Shown here: piece by piece, positions 48,141 through 61,342 of the stretch | Layout: every line of letters begins with the position of its first letter | Numbering within the stretch: the first letter of the stretch is position 1 | Origin: Octopus sinensis | Lineage: Eukaryota | Assembly: GCF_006345805.1 (NCBI RefSeq) | Contig: NC_043000.1 | Span: 44,950,001-45,014,000, forward strand | Length of the DNA: 64,000 nucleotides | Direction: 5' to 3' | Program-made: the position numbers and the translations under genes | The notes under the pieces: model-generated | What the model saw: only the letters and a program-made list of their open reading frames with translations | Databases searched by the model: none | Told to the model about the DNA's origin: nothing

Positions 48141-50984
48141 CTTTTGACTAAGAATTCTTAAAAGTGGTGCCCTAGTATAGCCACATTCTAATAACTGAAA
48201 CAAGTAAAAGAAATAAAAGAAACATAGAAAAACTCCTTACCTTTATTCTTACAATTGAAACTATATCTATAATATTAGATAAGATTTATAAACAAACTAA
48301 ATTAATAAAAGTCATGACTATCAGTTGCACGTGAGTATGACTTGGTGCCTCTAATCTTTTGTAACTTGTTTTAGGTGTCTATGTAGTTTCAAGTAGACAT
48401 AGGTAATCTTTCAGCTTCTGTTTCACTAAACAATAAAAATATGTTGTATGGTGTAGAAATTATTAAAATATTGTTCTTTGGCTTCCATCTATAATTTATC
48501 TGCATTATGTGTAGGCCATCTTTTGATCCAACTTGAATGTATATTGTGATATTAACTATTGCGATATTTAGTAAGTTTAACATTGATAGCAATTTAAAAT
48601 GTTGCATAACTAAAATAACAGTACCGCTTGACAATTGATTATTCCCATTACATCATATTAAAATATAAATGTTTCTAGTCTGAAATAAAATGATATGATA
48701 ATACTTAGAGATAATCCTATTAGTCACTTGAGCTTTCAAAGAATTGCATTTGTATAATGTGAGACAGCGACAGCTTTCTTAATGTTCTCTGGAGAGTGTA
48801 TTTCTTAGTCCTCTATGAGAGGAAGTCATAATACATTCATATAAATAACGACAATTTCTTTCATTTAGCATTAAGACTTTATCAAACATCATAAAAGTTT
48901 GAAAAATACTGCTTCAGCTAGTTGAACATAAGTATTAGCTAACATAATTTAAAATATAATGGTAATATTGATTTTTTATCTGAATATGTACGAAGACAAA
49001 TTTAGTCAAGGAAGAATATTTATTGTTATTAACACTGGCATATTACTAAATACTAGGATTTTAGATTCTGTTTTACTATATTAATATTACTGACAATAAC
49101 TGTTAATTTCTTTCCAGGCCTTCCATGAATAATGACTGTGGTTTTTTATGGTACAGGCAGATTTGGTTTGATTTTTATGCTAAGATTCAAAGAAACCAAT
49201 GCAAGTAAGTGATGTCACATTCCTCAAACTGTCAAGAAGACATATATAATCAACTGAATTGACTTTGCTACACTTGTTTACTATCACACCCAGCCCCTGC
49301 ATTAATTATCATATTCAGTCCATCCTTCACATATTTCATCCCTCTAAAATTTCCTCTCTGCTTATTGTTTTTCTCACAAGTGTCAACTAATGAAGTTTCA
49401 AGGGACATCAGCCTCATTAATCTAGAAGTGCCTGCAAAGGCCATAGGCACTTATCTTTCCTCCAGATTTCCACAAGTACAATAAACAAAAGAAAAGTTGG
49501 ATGAAAATTAAAGTCAAACTCAAAGCGTTCAGTTAGTAGATATCAACTCCTCGGTATTTCTAAAATCTAAAACATAAACAAACAAGAGAGTTAACTTTAA
49601 TCAGATCAGTTGATTGAAAAGTTTGGGCAATATATACAGTACATATTTAAATGGATCTAATCATGAGAGTATGAAATGAATCAAGTGCCCAAACCAGAAT
49701 TGAGTGTTTAAATGGAGAATGATGAGAAGAACCTATAACATGTTGGGAATTTCAAATTTCGCTCCAATTCAGTAGTATGGTAAAGGATTTGAGATAATCC
49801 AGAAAGTTTGTAGTCCAGGATGCTGGTTTTGAATAGGTTAGTTAAATAGTGACAGCTTACAATGCAAGAGTTTGTATAACCTGAAATAATTCTCATGTCA
49901 TATCAATCCATTTAGAGCAGTGGGTCCCAACTGGGATCCGTATGGGCCTTGGGGGTCCATATAAGATTTTGCTGTAAAATTTTGAAGTATAATGAGATTC
50001 TTTAATGCATCTAATGTCTAGGAAGATCCATCCAAGTAAAATGAGAATCAAAAGAGTCCCTAGATAAAAAATAGATGAGTCTCCCAACTGACTGGTTACA
50101 AGCAATTCACTTCCCTTCTGTTCAAAACTCTATTATGACACAACAAATTCTTTTCTCTTTGGCATCCAGTGTTTTATCTTGTTTATGAATAATACTAAAA
50201 AGCAAATTATTTTAAAACATTGATGAAAAACTATTTCTGATTTTTTTGCTATAGCTACTGTGATTTGAAATTAAAACCTTCCTTTCACACATCTATATAC
50301 ATTATCACCCATGCAGCATTCAAAGTTATCTCTCCCCCATTCTCCCTTGTACTTGTTTTCTTGTAACCTGAGGTTATATTCTGACACCTTGTATTGATAA
50401 TATTTATCTCTCCTGCGCCTCTTAACGACTCATGATAAACGACAATGATGGTAGTGGTGGAGGTGGTAGTGATGGTGATGTAGTTGTGGCGGTAGTGATG
50501 GTCATGATGATGGCAGCAGTGGCAGCGGTGGCGGCGGTGGTGGGGATGATAGCAATGATGATGATGACAATGATGATGATGATGATACTATTTTCACTAT
50601 AATGAGAGTTCATGATTCTAGGTTAATTTACTATTTTTACATTGCATTTCATTACAATGATAGTAGCATCTTTGTTTTATACCAAATTGTAATTTCTATA
50701 TGCTTGATATTTGTGTTTCATATTTGCATTAAAATCTAAATGCAAAGATAAAAATCTTTTCTTCGTCAATGAAAGCAGGCAAGACACTTGCAGCTATACT
50801 TCGAATTTTTGTTGGTTTTAAATGCTGGAACCTCCAAGTGTGTCCTCTCAGGTATCATCTGATATTTTCATTAGATGAGGCAGTAATGAATTTTGTGGTT
50901 TGCAGTCCAACTCCTCCAAATATCTCAGACGTCATAGGCTGAAGATTGTAACTTACAATTTATTGAGTTTTTTCATTAGCACAC

Positions 50985-51165
50985 TGAGCAAAATGCTTTG
51001 CAAAATTTCGTCCATCTTTATGCTCAGAGTTCAAATTCTATCATGGTCGACATAGCCTATCATCCTTCTGGGGGTTGCTAAAATAAGTACCAGTTGAGTA
51101 TTGGGTTGATGTAATCAACTTAAGGCCTCCCTGAAATAGTTGGTCTTGTGCCAAAGTTTGAAACC
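50985..51165 (+). mobile_element. Degenerate SINE family B-related copy
   Basis: gagttcaaattc..gtcgac..gcctatcatccttctggggttg..aaaataagtaccagttgag. Confidence 0.65.
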
Positions 51166-51986
51166 AATATTTCAAGTTTGTGGTTCTAGATCAAGCATAG
51201 GGAATCATTTTTCTATAATCAAGCAAGTCACAGTACCAAAAAAATTTCAAGTTGATTTTTTTAGGTAAGCCTCCATTCAGAAAGTCTCAGTGGCTTCAGT
51301 ATGACCGTGACTGTTCTAGATTAAGTTACTATTTAATATTGTATTACCATATAATGTTATTAGTGACATGAGGTGTGATTTGGGATGGAAATTATTTTTT
51401 CTATATTGATGTGAGTTTAGATAAGTGTTGAACTTGTGGTCTTTGGAAGGATTAAGTATAGTTTTATGATGTTACATTGTTAAAAGAATTTCTTTGAAAA
51501 ATACAATACACAGCAATAATTAATTTCTGAGTGGAATACATTTGAGAGGAAAATCATCATACTGCAACACATTTTTGTTGATTTACTATAGTTAGATCTT
51601 ATTTTTCCTTTATTTTCATGTACTGAATATTTTTCCTCTCTTTACTTTCCAACTCTCATCCTGAGAACAATTGCAAATCAAATGAAATGTAAGAACTGGC
51701 TGTGAGTAACATAGCACAGCTGAACAGAGAGAGATTGTACACTATACAAAATTAATTCTCGCTTTACTGTTATGGACTACATACTCTGAAACATTGTCAA
51801 CACACAGCAGTATCCTAGGCTACATCACAACAGATGACCATATTACAAAATGAGTAAATAAATAAATAAAGGAATAAATGAATAAATAAATATATAAATG
51901 TACAGGAACCTGCTGACTCTGTTGATTAGCAAAATTTCTGTCATCTGACATTGTCTGGTAGGTGTGAGAGGCCAGATAGAATATTT

Positions 51987-52215
51987 AGGCGAGCTGGCAG
52001 AAACGTTAGCACACAGCGCGAAATGCTTAGCGCTATTTCATCTGCCGTTACGTCCTGAGTTCAAATTCCGCCGAGGTCGACTTTGCCTTTCATCCTTTCG
52101 GGGTCGATTAAATAAGTACCAGTTACGCACTGGAGTCGATATAATCGACTTAATCTGTTTGTCTGTCCTTGTTTGTCCCCTCTATGTTTAGCCCCATGTG
52201 GGCAATAAAGAAATA
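51987..52215 (+). mobile_element. Young full-length SINE family B with 13-bp TSD
   Basis: TSD agatagaatattt at 51974-51986 and 52216-52228; B-box-like gagttcaaattcc. Confidence 0.93.
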
Positions 52216-52465
52216 AGATAGAATATTTGGGCAGGATATAACCGGTTTAAATGCAAACGGGTTTATTGCACTAGCTTCCCTGAACTAGGAGACTATGTAC
52301 CACTAATATGCACATACCACATACCTCTCCTTTCTTCCTACTGTGTCTCAACAGTCAAATTCTTTATCTAATAATTCTCTCAATCCTTGTATCCAGAATT
52401 ACTCACTTCTAGACAATTCAATCCAGCAGTCGAAATTACTACAGACATTATCTCTATATATACAT

Positions 52466-52695
52466 ATTTCTTTACTACCCACAAGGGGCTAAACACAGAG
52501 GGGACAAACAAGGACAGACAAACGGATTAAGTCGATTACATCGACCCCAGTGCATAACTGGTACTTATTTAGTCGACCCTGAAAGGAAGAAAGGCAAAGT
52601 CGACCTCGGCGTAATTTGAACTCAGAACGTATCAACAGACGAAATACGCCTACGCATTTCGCCCAGCATGCTAACGTTTCTGCCAGCTCGCCACC
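52466..52695 (-). mobile_element. Young full-length SINE family B, inverted relative to the 51987 copy
   Basis: Reverse complement of 51987-52215; flanked by imperfect TSD attatctct(ct)atatata. Confidence 0.92.
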
Positions 52696-52699
52696 TTTA

Positions 52700-53208
52700 T
52701 TATCTCTCTATATATAAATGGCAAAATGTCTTCGTGTGTGTCCTTTATACAAATCCACAATTTTTCAGTTAGAGGGCTTGCACTTTCTATGGTCATTTAA
52801 AACCGTCCAAGGGTGGTCGTGCACATCTTTACATTTCCCTAGTCACCCCGCAAAGCCATTAAAAAATGAATAAACATGATTTTTGGTGAATTTTCTATCC
52901 AAAACCCAATCAAAATGCCTGAAACTTGATACGCTAATTGAATGCCAGCTAGCTGTATGTGATTGGTCGGAGATTTGGACAGTACTCACGTGTATGTGTG
53001 CACACACGCAGCTGTATATGCATGCACTAGCACTACGACCCAGTGTGATAAATTGATTCACTGAGATAAAAAGCATTAAAGAATAAAATTTATTTACCTG
53101 CACAGCAAAAAATAACCTCAACATTTTGTCTGATTTTTAATTATAAAAAGTATCATTACACATAGAATGTTTCTCTACAAAACCCAGTATCTATCGCTGT
53201 TAGCTAGA
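52700..53208 (+). mobile_element. Probable non-autonomous Helitron-like element
   Basis: Begins tctctatatataaatggcaaaatgtc.gtgtgtgtcc (TC-start Helitron-type 5' end); ends near gttagctag (CTAG). Confidence 0.45.
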
Positions 53209-54799
53209 TAAACTGGGACAAAGAAGAATTAAGTGTTTAGCTCAGACAAAATATTTAGCATAGCTAATTCTATGACCATAGAGTTTATCTATTTCATTTC
53301 TGTGTATGAGAATAACATTACCAATGATCACACAAGCAATGCAAACAAACTTATCACTATATCTAGGAAAAATATATCATACAGCTGGTGTTTGCTTTTT
53401 TCTTTAAAAAAATCACATTCAGGGTGTTACTTAAATAAAGAAAAAAACTTTAATTCATTTGACAGATAAGATATATTGTGCCAAAAGAAACAGTAATTAA
53501 ACTCAAATAAATATGAAGTGTCAGTAAAATAATTTCTTTAAGCAATATTTTAAAACTTTCCAACTAATTACTTCGGTTTGAGAAAATAGAAATCTAAATT
53601 AGTTCCCAAATTCTGAGAAACATTCTCTCTATAACATCCACACACCATATCATTCTGATGTAGTAGTTTGCTGAAGCTTCTCCATTTAGAGCTGAATAAT
53701 TTGTGCACATTCTACATGCCCGTGCAAAATATTAACCCATTTATGTTCCTTTATATTCTGTTATACCAACATTATTTCAGTTATTTATTGTTTGTTGTAT
53801 CATTAATCTACTGTATCATTGCTTTTTGTTAATTTACCCTTGCAGAGGAACTTTCACAACAAAAGACACGCCTCATATGTGAGATATTACAAAATTTAAT
53901 GAATAAGTCATGGAAGGAACCTCTGCACTTTCAGTTGATATGTTAACAAAATCAACCAACTTTCAAATCACAGTACAATCTTAGAAAATAAAATGGAAAA
54001 AAGAAAGAGCCCATTAGGTAAATGAATTCTGGATATGCAAATAGACAGGTTAGTCAGATCTGGAATGCCATTCATCATAGGTTTGGTTGATCAAGGGTAA
54101 CTGGAAGCTGAAGGAATATATCATTTAATGATGCTTCAAAATAAGTATAGATATTTAGAATTGCCAAATGTGGGGACCAATGACCGTACTTCTACTACAG
54201 TGCAGGAAAATATTTCTTTATTACTTTATCCCTTAAAACCTTTGTTGATGGACAATTTACACATTTCTGATGATGTTTGTACTATGCAAGTCAAGTGCTC
54301 TCAATCATTTTAGCTTCATGGCACTGTAGAGAACAAGTAGAATGTTACTGGTACTGTTTGTATGGAAAGTAAACTTTATTGATTCGTTTTGCTTCGAACG
54401 TTTTTGAAATAATTATAATATAAAGTATAAAATATTATAAAATTATTGAAAAATGATTTCTTCCTTTGTTTTATTCATCATATTTATGCATAAGAAAATC
54501 ATGAATAGAATGTTTTACAAGAAACTTATGCATTATTTCCGGAAAGCTTAAATTATTTTAAAAATCTGGATATACCCCATGGTGTACCAATGCATTAGAG
54601 TGAACCCTTGGAAACTACCCATATATATAAAAATTTAAGAATACATTCAAGTAATGGCACATTTGAGACTGTAAACCAGTAATGAAACGTTTATGAACAT
54701 GCTACACTTGAATGCATGATTATTGTGTTCACTAGAGGCCCAATGGATTTAATCTTTATATATCATGGTTTCCTATCAATAAATAAAGATTACAGCTGT

Positions 54800-55800
54800 G
54801 ACCTCACTTCATTTGCTAGGTCTTCTCAGTCACAGCATATCTCCTGAGGTCTCAGTCTTTTGTCATTGCCTCTGTGAGGCCCAACATTCGAAGGTCTTGC
54901 TTCACCACCTCATTCCATGTCTTCCTGGGTTTCCCTATACTCCAGATTCCTTCCACTGTTTGGGAGTGGCACTTCTTCCCACAGCTCTCCTCATCCATCC
55001 ATAGTACATGACCATACCAATGCAAACGTCTCTCTTGCACGCTATATCCGATGCTTCTTATGTCCAACATTTTCGCAGGGCGCTTACACTCTGTCGTGTT
55101 GCACACTGACATTACACATCCAGCGGATGATACTAGCTTCATTTCTTTAGAGCCTACGCATATCTTCAGCAGTCACGTCCCATGTATCATTGCCATGAAG
55201 CATAGCAGTTTGCACACATGCGTCGTACAATCTATGTTTCACTCTGAGCGAGTGGTCTTTGTCACCAGTAGGGGTAGAAGCTTTCTGAACTTTGTCCAGA
55301 CTATTCTTATTCTAGTGGTAACAATCTCTGAGCATCCACTCGACTACAGACTTGGCCACATAGATAGTGGAAGCTATCAACTACTTCTAGTTTCTCCCCT
55401 GGCATGCGATGGAATCTGTTTTCTGAGCATCTGTGGTGTTTATTGCCCCTGTGCATCTGCCACACACAAAGACTATCTTCCCGCTTAATTTTCCTTTGAT
55501 GTTGTTGCACTTCTTATGTGTCCATAGCTTACACTGGGTACATCTTATGGAGTTTCTACCTACACCTTTTCTACAGATCGAGCAAGGCCACCTACCTGAA
55601 GGGTGTGAGTGATATGTTCTCCTTCCTATTTACTAGAACTTTGGTCTTTGCAACATTGACTCTAAGGCCTTTCGATTCTAAACCTTGCTTCAACACCTGA
55701 AATTTCTACTCTACTTCTGGTAGTGATTCTGCTATGAGAGCCAGGTCATCAGAATAGAGGAGCTCCTAGGGACAACCTGTCTTGAATTCCTTTGTGGGGA
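54800..55800 (-). mobile_element. RTE-clade LINE fragment (RT C-terminal half), pseudogenised
   Basis: Minus-strand peptides ELLYSDDLALIAES..GLRVNVAKTKV, LEVVDSFHYL, VQERRLHWYGHVLWMDEE..GKPRKTWNEVVKQDLRMLGLTEAMTKD. Confidence 0.9.
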
Positions 55801-56109
55801 GGAGAAATGTTATTCAGCACCTGAAAAGAAGAGGAATGATGTCGGGTTCGTTTTTTTAGACATGCTTCACCTGTTCTCATTTCTGACCTAACATCATTCA
55901 AGCGTGTTAAGATCGTTGCCCCTACTGGAGGTAGGAGTAGGTGTTAGTAGCATTGTAAGTATGTATGTATATATATATATACATACATATCTGTATACAC
56001 ACGCACAAACACATACATGCATACACACACACACATATATAGATAGATACATACATAGAAGAGAGAGAGAGACAGCAAGATAGATAGACGTCACGAAAGT
56101 GACAAATGA

Positions 56110-56235
56110 CACTAATCAGTACCAGTATTGCAAGAAATAAGAGTCGAAGCAACTCAACCACCACAAAAAGCACAATCTTAAGAAACACACAGGGAGACAA
56201 GGTCTTATTTCTAGCAATACTCGAGCTGATTAGTG
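56110..56235. repeat. 33-bp terminal inverted repeat pair (MITE-like)
   Basis: cactaatcagtaccagtattgcaagaaataaga versus the reverse complement of 56203-56235 (about 28 of 33 match). Confidence 0.75.
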
Positions 56236-56321
56236 CCCTTCAACACTTTAGTAACGTCTATATTGCTGCGTTTATGTTTCTAAAATTGTGAATAAGCCAC
56301 TCACATTATTTATATATTCGT

Positions 56322-56677
56322 GTATTTGTTTCAGGCGTTTGGCTGTGGCCATGTTGGAGCAATACCTTTAGTCGACCAAATCAACCCCAGAACTTATTCT
56401 GTGTAAGCCTAGTACTTATTCTATTGGTCTCTTTTGCCAAACTGCTAAGTTTCAGGGGCATAAATAAACCGATATCCATTGTAGAGTGATGGTGATGGTG
56501 GGGCAAACACAGACACACAAACATATATATATGTATATGCATATATATATATATATATATATTGGCCTGCTCGCTTAGCCAGCGGGGTGGCGTCATACAG
56601 AGGCTAAAACAATGCGAACACATTGTGACCAGCGATGTGTAACAACATCTGATGATCTGGTCGGCCGCGTGATTGAT

Positions 56678-56712
<35 letters not shown>

Positions 56713-56869
56713 AAAGCTTCTTTCAGTTTCTGTCTACCAAATCTACTTACAAGGGTTTGGTCGGCTCGAAACTATAGCAGCAGACACTTGCCCAAGGTGC
56801 CATGCAGTGGGACTCAACTCAGAACCATGTGGTTTGTAAGCAAGTTACTTACCACACACCCACGTCTGC
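56322..56869 (-). mobile_element. SINE family A copy carrying a ~119-bp secondary insertion (56562-56680) in its (TA)n tract
   Basis: SINE halves are collinear with other copies; the CpG-rich insert is absent from the other copies. Confidence 0.85.
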
Positions 56870-56928
56870 ACACACACACACACACACGTATACATACATA
56901 TGTGTGTACATATATATATGTATATGCT

Positions 56929-56985
<57 letters not shown>

Positions 56986-57879
56986 CAATAGATAGATAGA
57001 TAGATAGATAGAATATATATTCATCATACACACATGTCTGCAGGAATGCTTGCAGGAATGTATGTATATATTTATGTATGTATTTACAATTAATAAATTC
57101 CAATATTATACTACTGTAAATAATTAATACAGAAATGAAGCTTTTAAACACATCATGTTAAAATAAAACAACTTAATCTCAGCTGGCCTTAAATTATATT
57201 TCATATTGTTCTAACTTCAGAACACATTGTCCTAAATTTATTCATCAGGTACTCAGCAGCCATTATTTCAAATAATGTAATATTTTGAGTAGAGCTTATA
57301 TTTAGAAGTAATATTAAAATATTTCTCTCTATCATTTTGGTTCTCTGATTTTCTCTGGTTTTCCCTTTCTCCCCCTTTCTCTCTTCCCGTCTCTCTCCCT
57401 CTCTTTCCTAGTGCCTTCTATACAAAGAGGTATAAATATACGTCCTTTCTTTACAGAAATCTTAAACCCAAAAGCTAGAATTAAGAATAATATATAAGCT
57501 CATTATTATCAGCTAGTTATCTAAATTTTAATCCATATATAGCTTGCAGCAACCAACAGTCTAAATTTGTGTTTCTGCGATTAACTGCAGAATGTGTAGT
57601 AAGGAATAGATTTGAATAGAAATATCAGTTTTAAGAAATTTTACCCTGAAATAGATATTTTTCTTTGCAAATATTCAATAAAAGACGCAATTACACCGAA
57701 CCATTTGTTTGTGGTGATTCAGTATGAATTTATATATGGCTTATATACAATTATGTTTTATATACAAAATTTGGTGGGGTATTAACGAAGTTATTTGAGC
57801 AGCAGATAAAATGTCTTATGTTAATTCAATCAGTCTTTTTCATTGTGAGTTCAAATCCTACTAAAGCCAGCTATTGTTT

Positions 57880-58180
57880 GTGGAGGCACGTGGCCTAGTG
57901 GTTAGAGAAGTGGACTCACAGTCGAGGGATCGCAGGTTCAAATCTCAGACCAGGTGATGCGTGTGTTTATGAGCGAAACACCAAGGCTCCACACGTCTCC
58001 GGCAGAAGGTAATGGCGAACTTCTGCTGACTCTTTCGCCACAACTTTCTCTCACTCTTTCCTCCTGCATCTTGCAGCTCATCTGTGATGGACCAGCGTCC
58101 CATCCAGGTGGGGAACCTATACACCAAGGAAACCGGGAAACCGGCCTTTATGAGCCAGGTATGGCTCGAGAAGGAACAAA
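57880..58180 (+). mobile_element. Full-length tRNA-derived SINE (family C-related) with 11-bp TSD, nested in an older family B copy
   Basis: A-box tggcctagtgg, B-box ggttcaaatct; TSD agctattgttt at 57869-57879 and 58181-58191; flanks rejoin as a family B-like sequence. Confidence 0.88.
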
Positions 58181-58314
58181 AGCTATTGTTTCAATCCTTC
58201 TGGAGTTGATGAAATGAAGTTACACTCATTGAATTGGTTGAGCGGTTAGAGTATTAGATAGAATGACTCATATTATTTGAAATGATATGCAACTCACTAA
58301 CTTCAAATCCTAGG

Positions 58315-58590
58315 TGGAAACTGAAAGAAACCCGCCATATATATGTATATATATGTGTGTATGTGTGTGTGTGTTTGTGTGTCTGTATTTGTCCCCCCAA
58401 CATTGTTTGACAACAGATGCTGGTGTGTTTACGTCCCCGTAACTTAGCAGTTCTGCAAAAGAGATGGATAGAATAAGTACTAGGCTTACAAAGAATAAGT
58501 GCTGGGGTCGATTTGCTTAACTAAAGATGGTGTTCCAGCATGGCAGCAGTCAAATGACTGAAACAAATAATAAAATAAAAGAGTAAAAGA
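58315..58590 (+). mobile_element. 5'-truncated SINE family A copy
   Basis: ggaaactgaaagaaaccc..(TG)n..agtcaaatgactgaaac tail. Confidence 0.88.
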
Positions 58591-60084
58591 GGAGCATAGA
58601 TGAGAGAATAGATGGAGAGACAAGAATGAAAACTAGTCAACCATTTGTAATTTATAAAGGACAATGCAAAGGATCAATAGTTATATAGTCATTTAAATTT
58701 CAAACTGCCCAAACAGCCTAATAATAACAAAATAATCACAGAATAAAAACAAATTGCTGGGATAAGTTGTCAGAACTGTAAAAGTGACCCATAGTTCAGG
58801 ATTAGATGGAGCTTAACTCCAACCCTTGTGTATAATTTTGAGAATGACTGCTTTATCAGTTTTATTTGGCATAGATAGACTCAACAAAAATGAAACATTT
58901 GTTTGTGACCTTCAATCCAATAAGATCATAGAATTCATCTCCATCATTACTCTCAAAAAACTTATATGTTTTTAACAATTCTAGGGAAGTCAAATAATAC
59001 CCAGAATAAATTTATGATTTCCCAGATTGTTAACTATTCCAATACCAAACTGCCAAATTTGTATCTGGTACAATTAAATAAGACTTCTAGATTTTAATCT
59101 TTCTATTTACATATTTTTCTTTCCATGTAAGAACTTTTTGTTATGCTTCAAAGATGAACTTGTTATACTAAATGCTTTCATATTAGTGATTATCTAAACT
59201 AATAAACACTGTATTCCTTTAGAAATATGACCAGAAATGGGTTAAAGTTCTGATGGTTGATAGCCAACTTTAATTTCTGTGAAACTAAAACGTGGTCGAA
59301 GGGTACAGTTTCTGAGACAAAGGTTGAGACAAATTGTTCAGTGCAGTATTTAGATGCTGAGACACAATAGGGAAAATGAGTTGCAAAGAGAGGTGAGGAA
59401 ATTGGGAGGTAGACAGCTTGTTAATTTGGTAATTCAGAGAAACAGGAACTACTGTCGAAATAGAAAAATTTAGACAGAAGAAAGATACAGGATGTTGGGA
59501 TGGTAGTGGTTGGAATGTCTTAGTGAGAGAAAGTTTGCCAATCAGTCAGTTGGCCTTTACTTTCATTTTGAAAATATTCAGCATCTATGTCTGCAGGCAA
59601 TAATTGCATGATATCATGATACTTTCAAAGTAGTTTTATGAATGAGTAAATTTCTATTTTAGTATTTACTATATTCAATTAAGGTTAAATGAATTAGTAT
59701 ATTTACTAAGAGGTTAATATATTTTCCTCTGCTGGGAGACCTACATCAAGATTATTACAAAATTTTAGACAGAATTTTGAATTCTTTTATGTTTCTTACA
59801 ACATAACAGTGTTCCAATGGTATCAACAAAAATACAACATGCATAACTATTTCTATATCTTGCTCTTGATGTAGGGAAAATCATGAAAAAAGAAATTGGA
59901 AATATTTTTGCACGATATATTACATATTCTAATACATGAATTTCACATCTTTTATACACTTGGTACAACAAACAATTGATAATATACACAAGTATGTTAT
60001 CATAAGTATCAAATAACATAAAATTGATATGATAGTGGTGGTGGGAGTAGTGGTGGTCATTGTCATTGTTGTTTTAGTTGTCCC

Positions 60085-60282
60085 TTTTATCTCTTTTACT
60101 TGTTTCAGTCATTTGACTGTGACCATGCTGGAGCACCGGTTTAGTCGAGCGAATCGACCCCAGGACTTATTCTTTGGAAGCCTAGTACTTATTCTATCGG
60201 TCTCTTTTGCTGAACCGCTAAGTTATGGGGATGTAAACACTCCAGCATTGTTTGTCATGCGATATTGGGGGAACAAACACAA

Positions 60283-60322
<40 letters not shown>

Positions 60323-60501
60323 CCATATATACAACGGGCTTCTTTCAATTTCTGTCTACCATATCCAAATCCACTCACAAGGCTTTGGTTGGCCCAAGGC
60401 TATAGTAGAAGACACTTGCCCAAGGTGCCACGCAGTGGGAATGAACCCGGAACCATGTGATTGGTAAGCAAGCTACTTACCACACAGCCACTCCTGTGCC
60501 T
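60085..60501 (-). mobile_element. Full-length SINE family A copy
   Basis: Close match to 33355-33781. Confidence 0.92.
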
Positions 60502-60934
60502 GGTGATGATAATAACGATGAAAAAAGAGGATGAAGTGGAGGTAGAGGGTGAGGATAGTGTAAATTACTTACTATGGTTAATGTAGTGTGGTGATAACAA
60601 ACTAATGTGTCATTAGTAATATATTGCAGAATTTTAGGTGATACTTAAACTGAAAAAAAAACAAAAACCTTGCAATATCATTTCATAAAGAAAGCTTATT
60701 TATCAGCATTTATAAGCTAAAATGGCTCTATACACATAAGTGACAGTCCAATAACAAGATCATAAGAAGAAGTTTTAATGCTTGACATGTCACACCAAAG
60801 GGTTTGTGGAATGATTACTGACACTGGTACAAGACCAGAAACTATCTGCAATATGTAGAACAGTTATTCAACAGAATTAGTTGCTGAAACAGATTGCATT
60901 AGCCTAATCAATGACATATCTAATTTACATCACT

Positions 60935-61342
60935 TTTTTTTTTTTTACTTCTTTCAGTCATTAGGCTGTAGCCATGCTGGGACACCATCTTGAAGGGTAT
61001 TTAGTCAAATGGATCAACCCCAGTACTTTGTTTCTTAAAAAAGCCTAGTGCTTATTATATCAGTCACTTTTGCCGAGCTGCTAAGTTACAGGGATGTAAA
61101 CATGCCAGCACCAGTTGTAAAGTGGTGGTGAGAGGACAAACACAAACACAAAGACACACACACACAGATATGTATACACATATATATGAAGGGCTACTAT
61201 CAGTTCCAAATACACTCACAAGGTTTTGATCAGTCTGAGGCTATAGTAGAAGACACTTGCTGAAAGTGCCATGCAGTGGGACTGAACCCTGAACCATGCT
61301 GTTGGGAAGCAAGCATCTTACCACACAGCCACACCTGTGCCT
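60935..61342 (-). mobile_element. Diverged SINE family A copy
   Basis: Collinear with 60085-60501. Confidence 0.85.

Noticed and set aside
49916-50095. hAT-like MITE starting cagtgggtcccaac
   Set aside because: The right TIR is too degenerate to support boundaries.
57880-57955. tRNA-like sequence considered as a tRNA gene
   Set aside because: It is a SINE head: continuous with a repeat body and bounded by a TSD.
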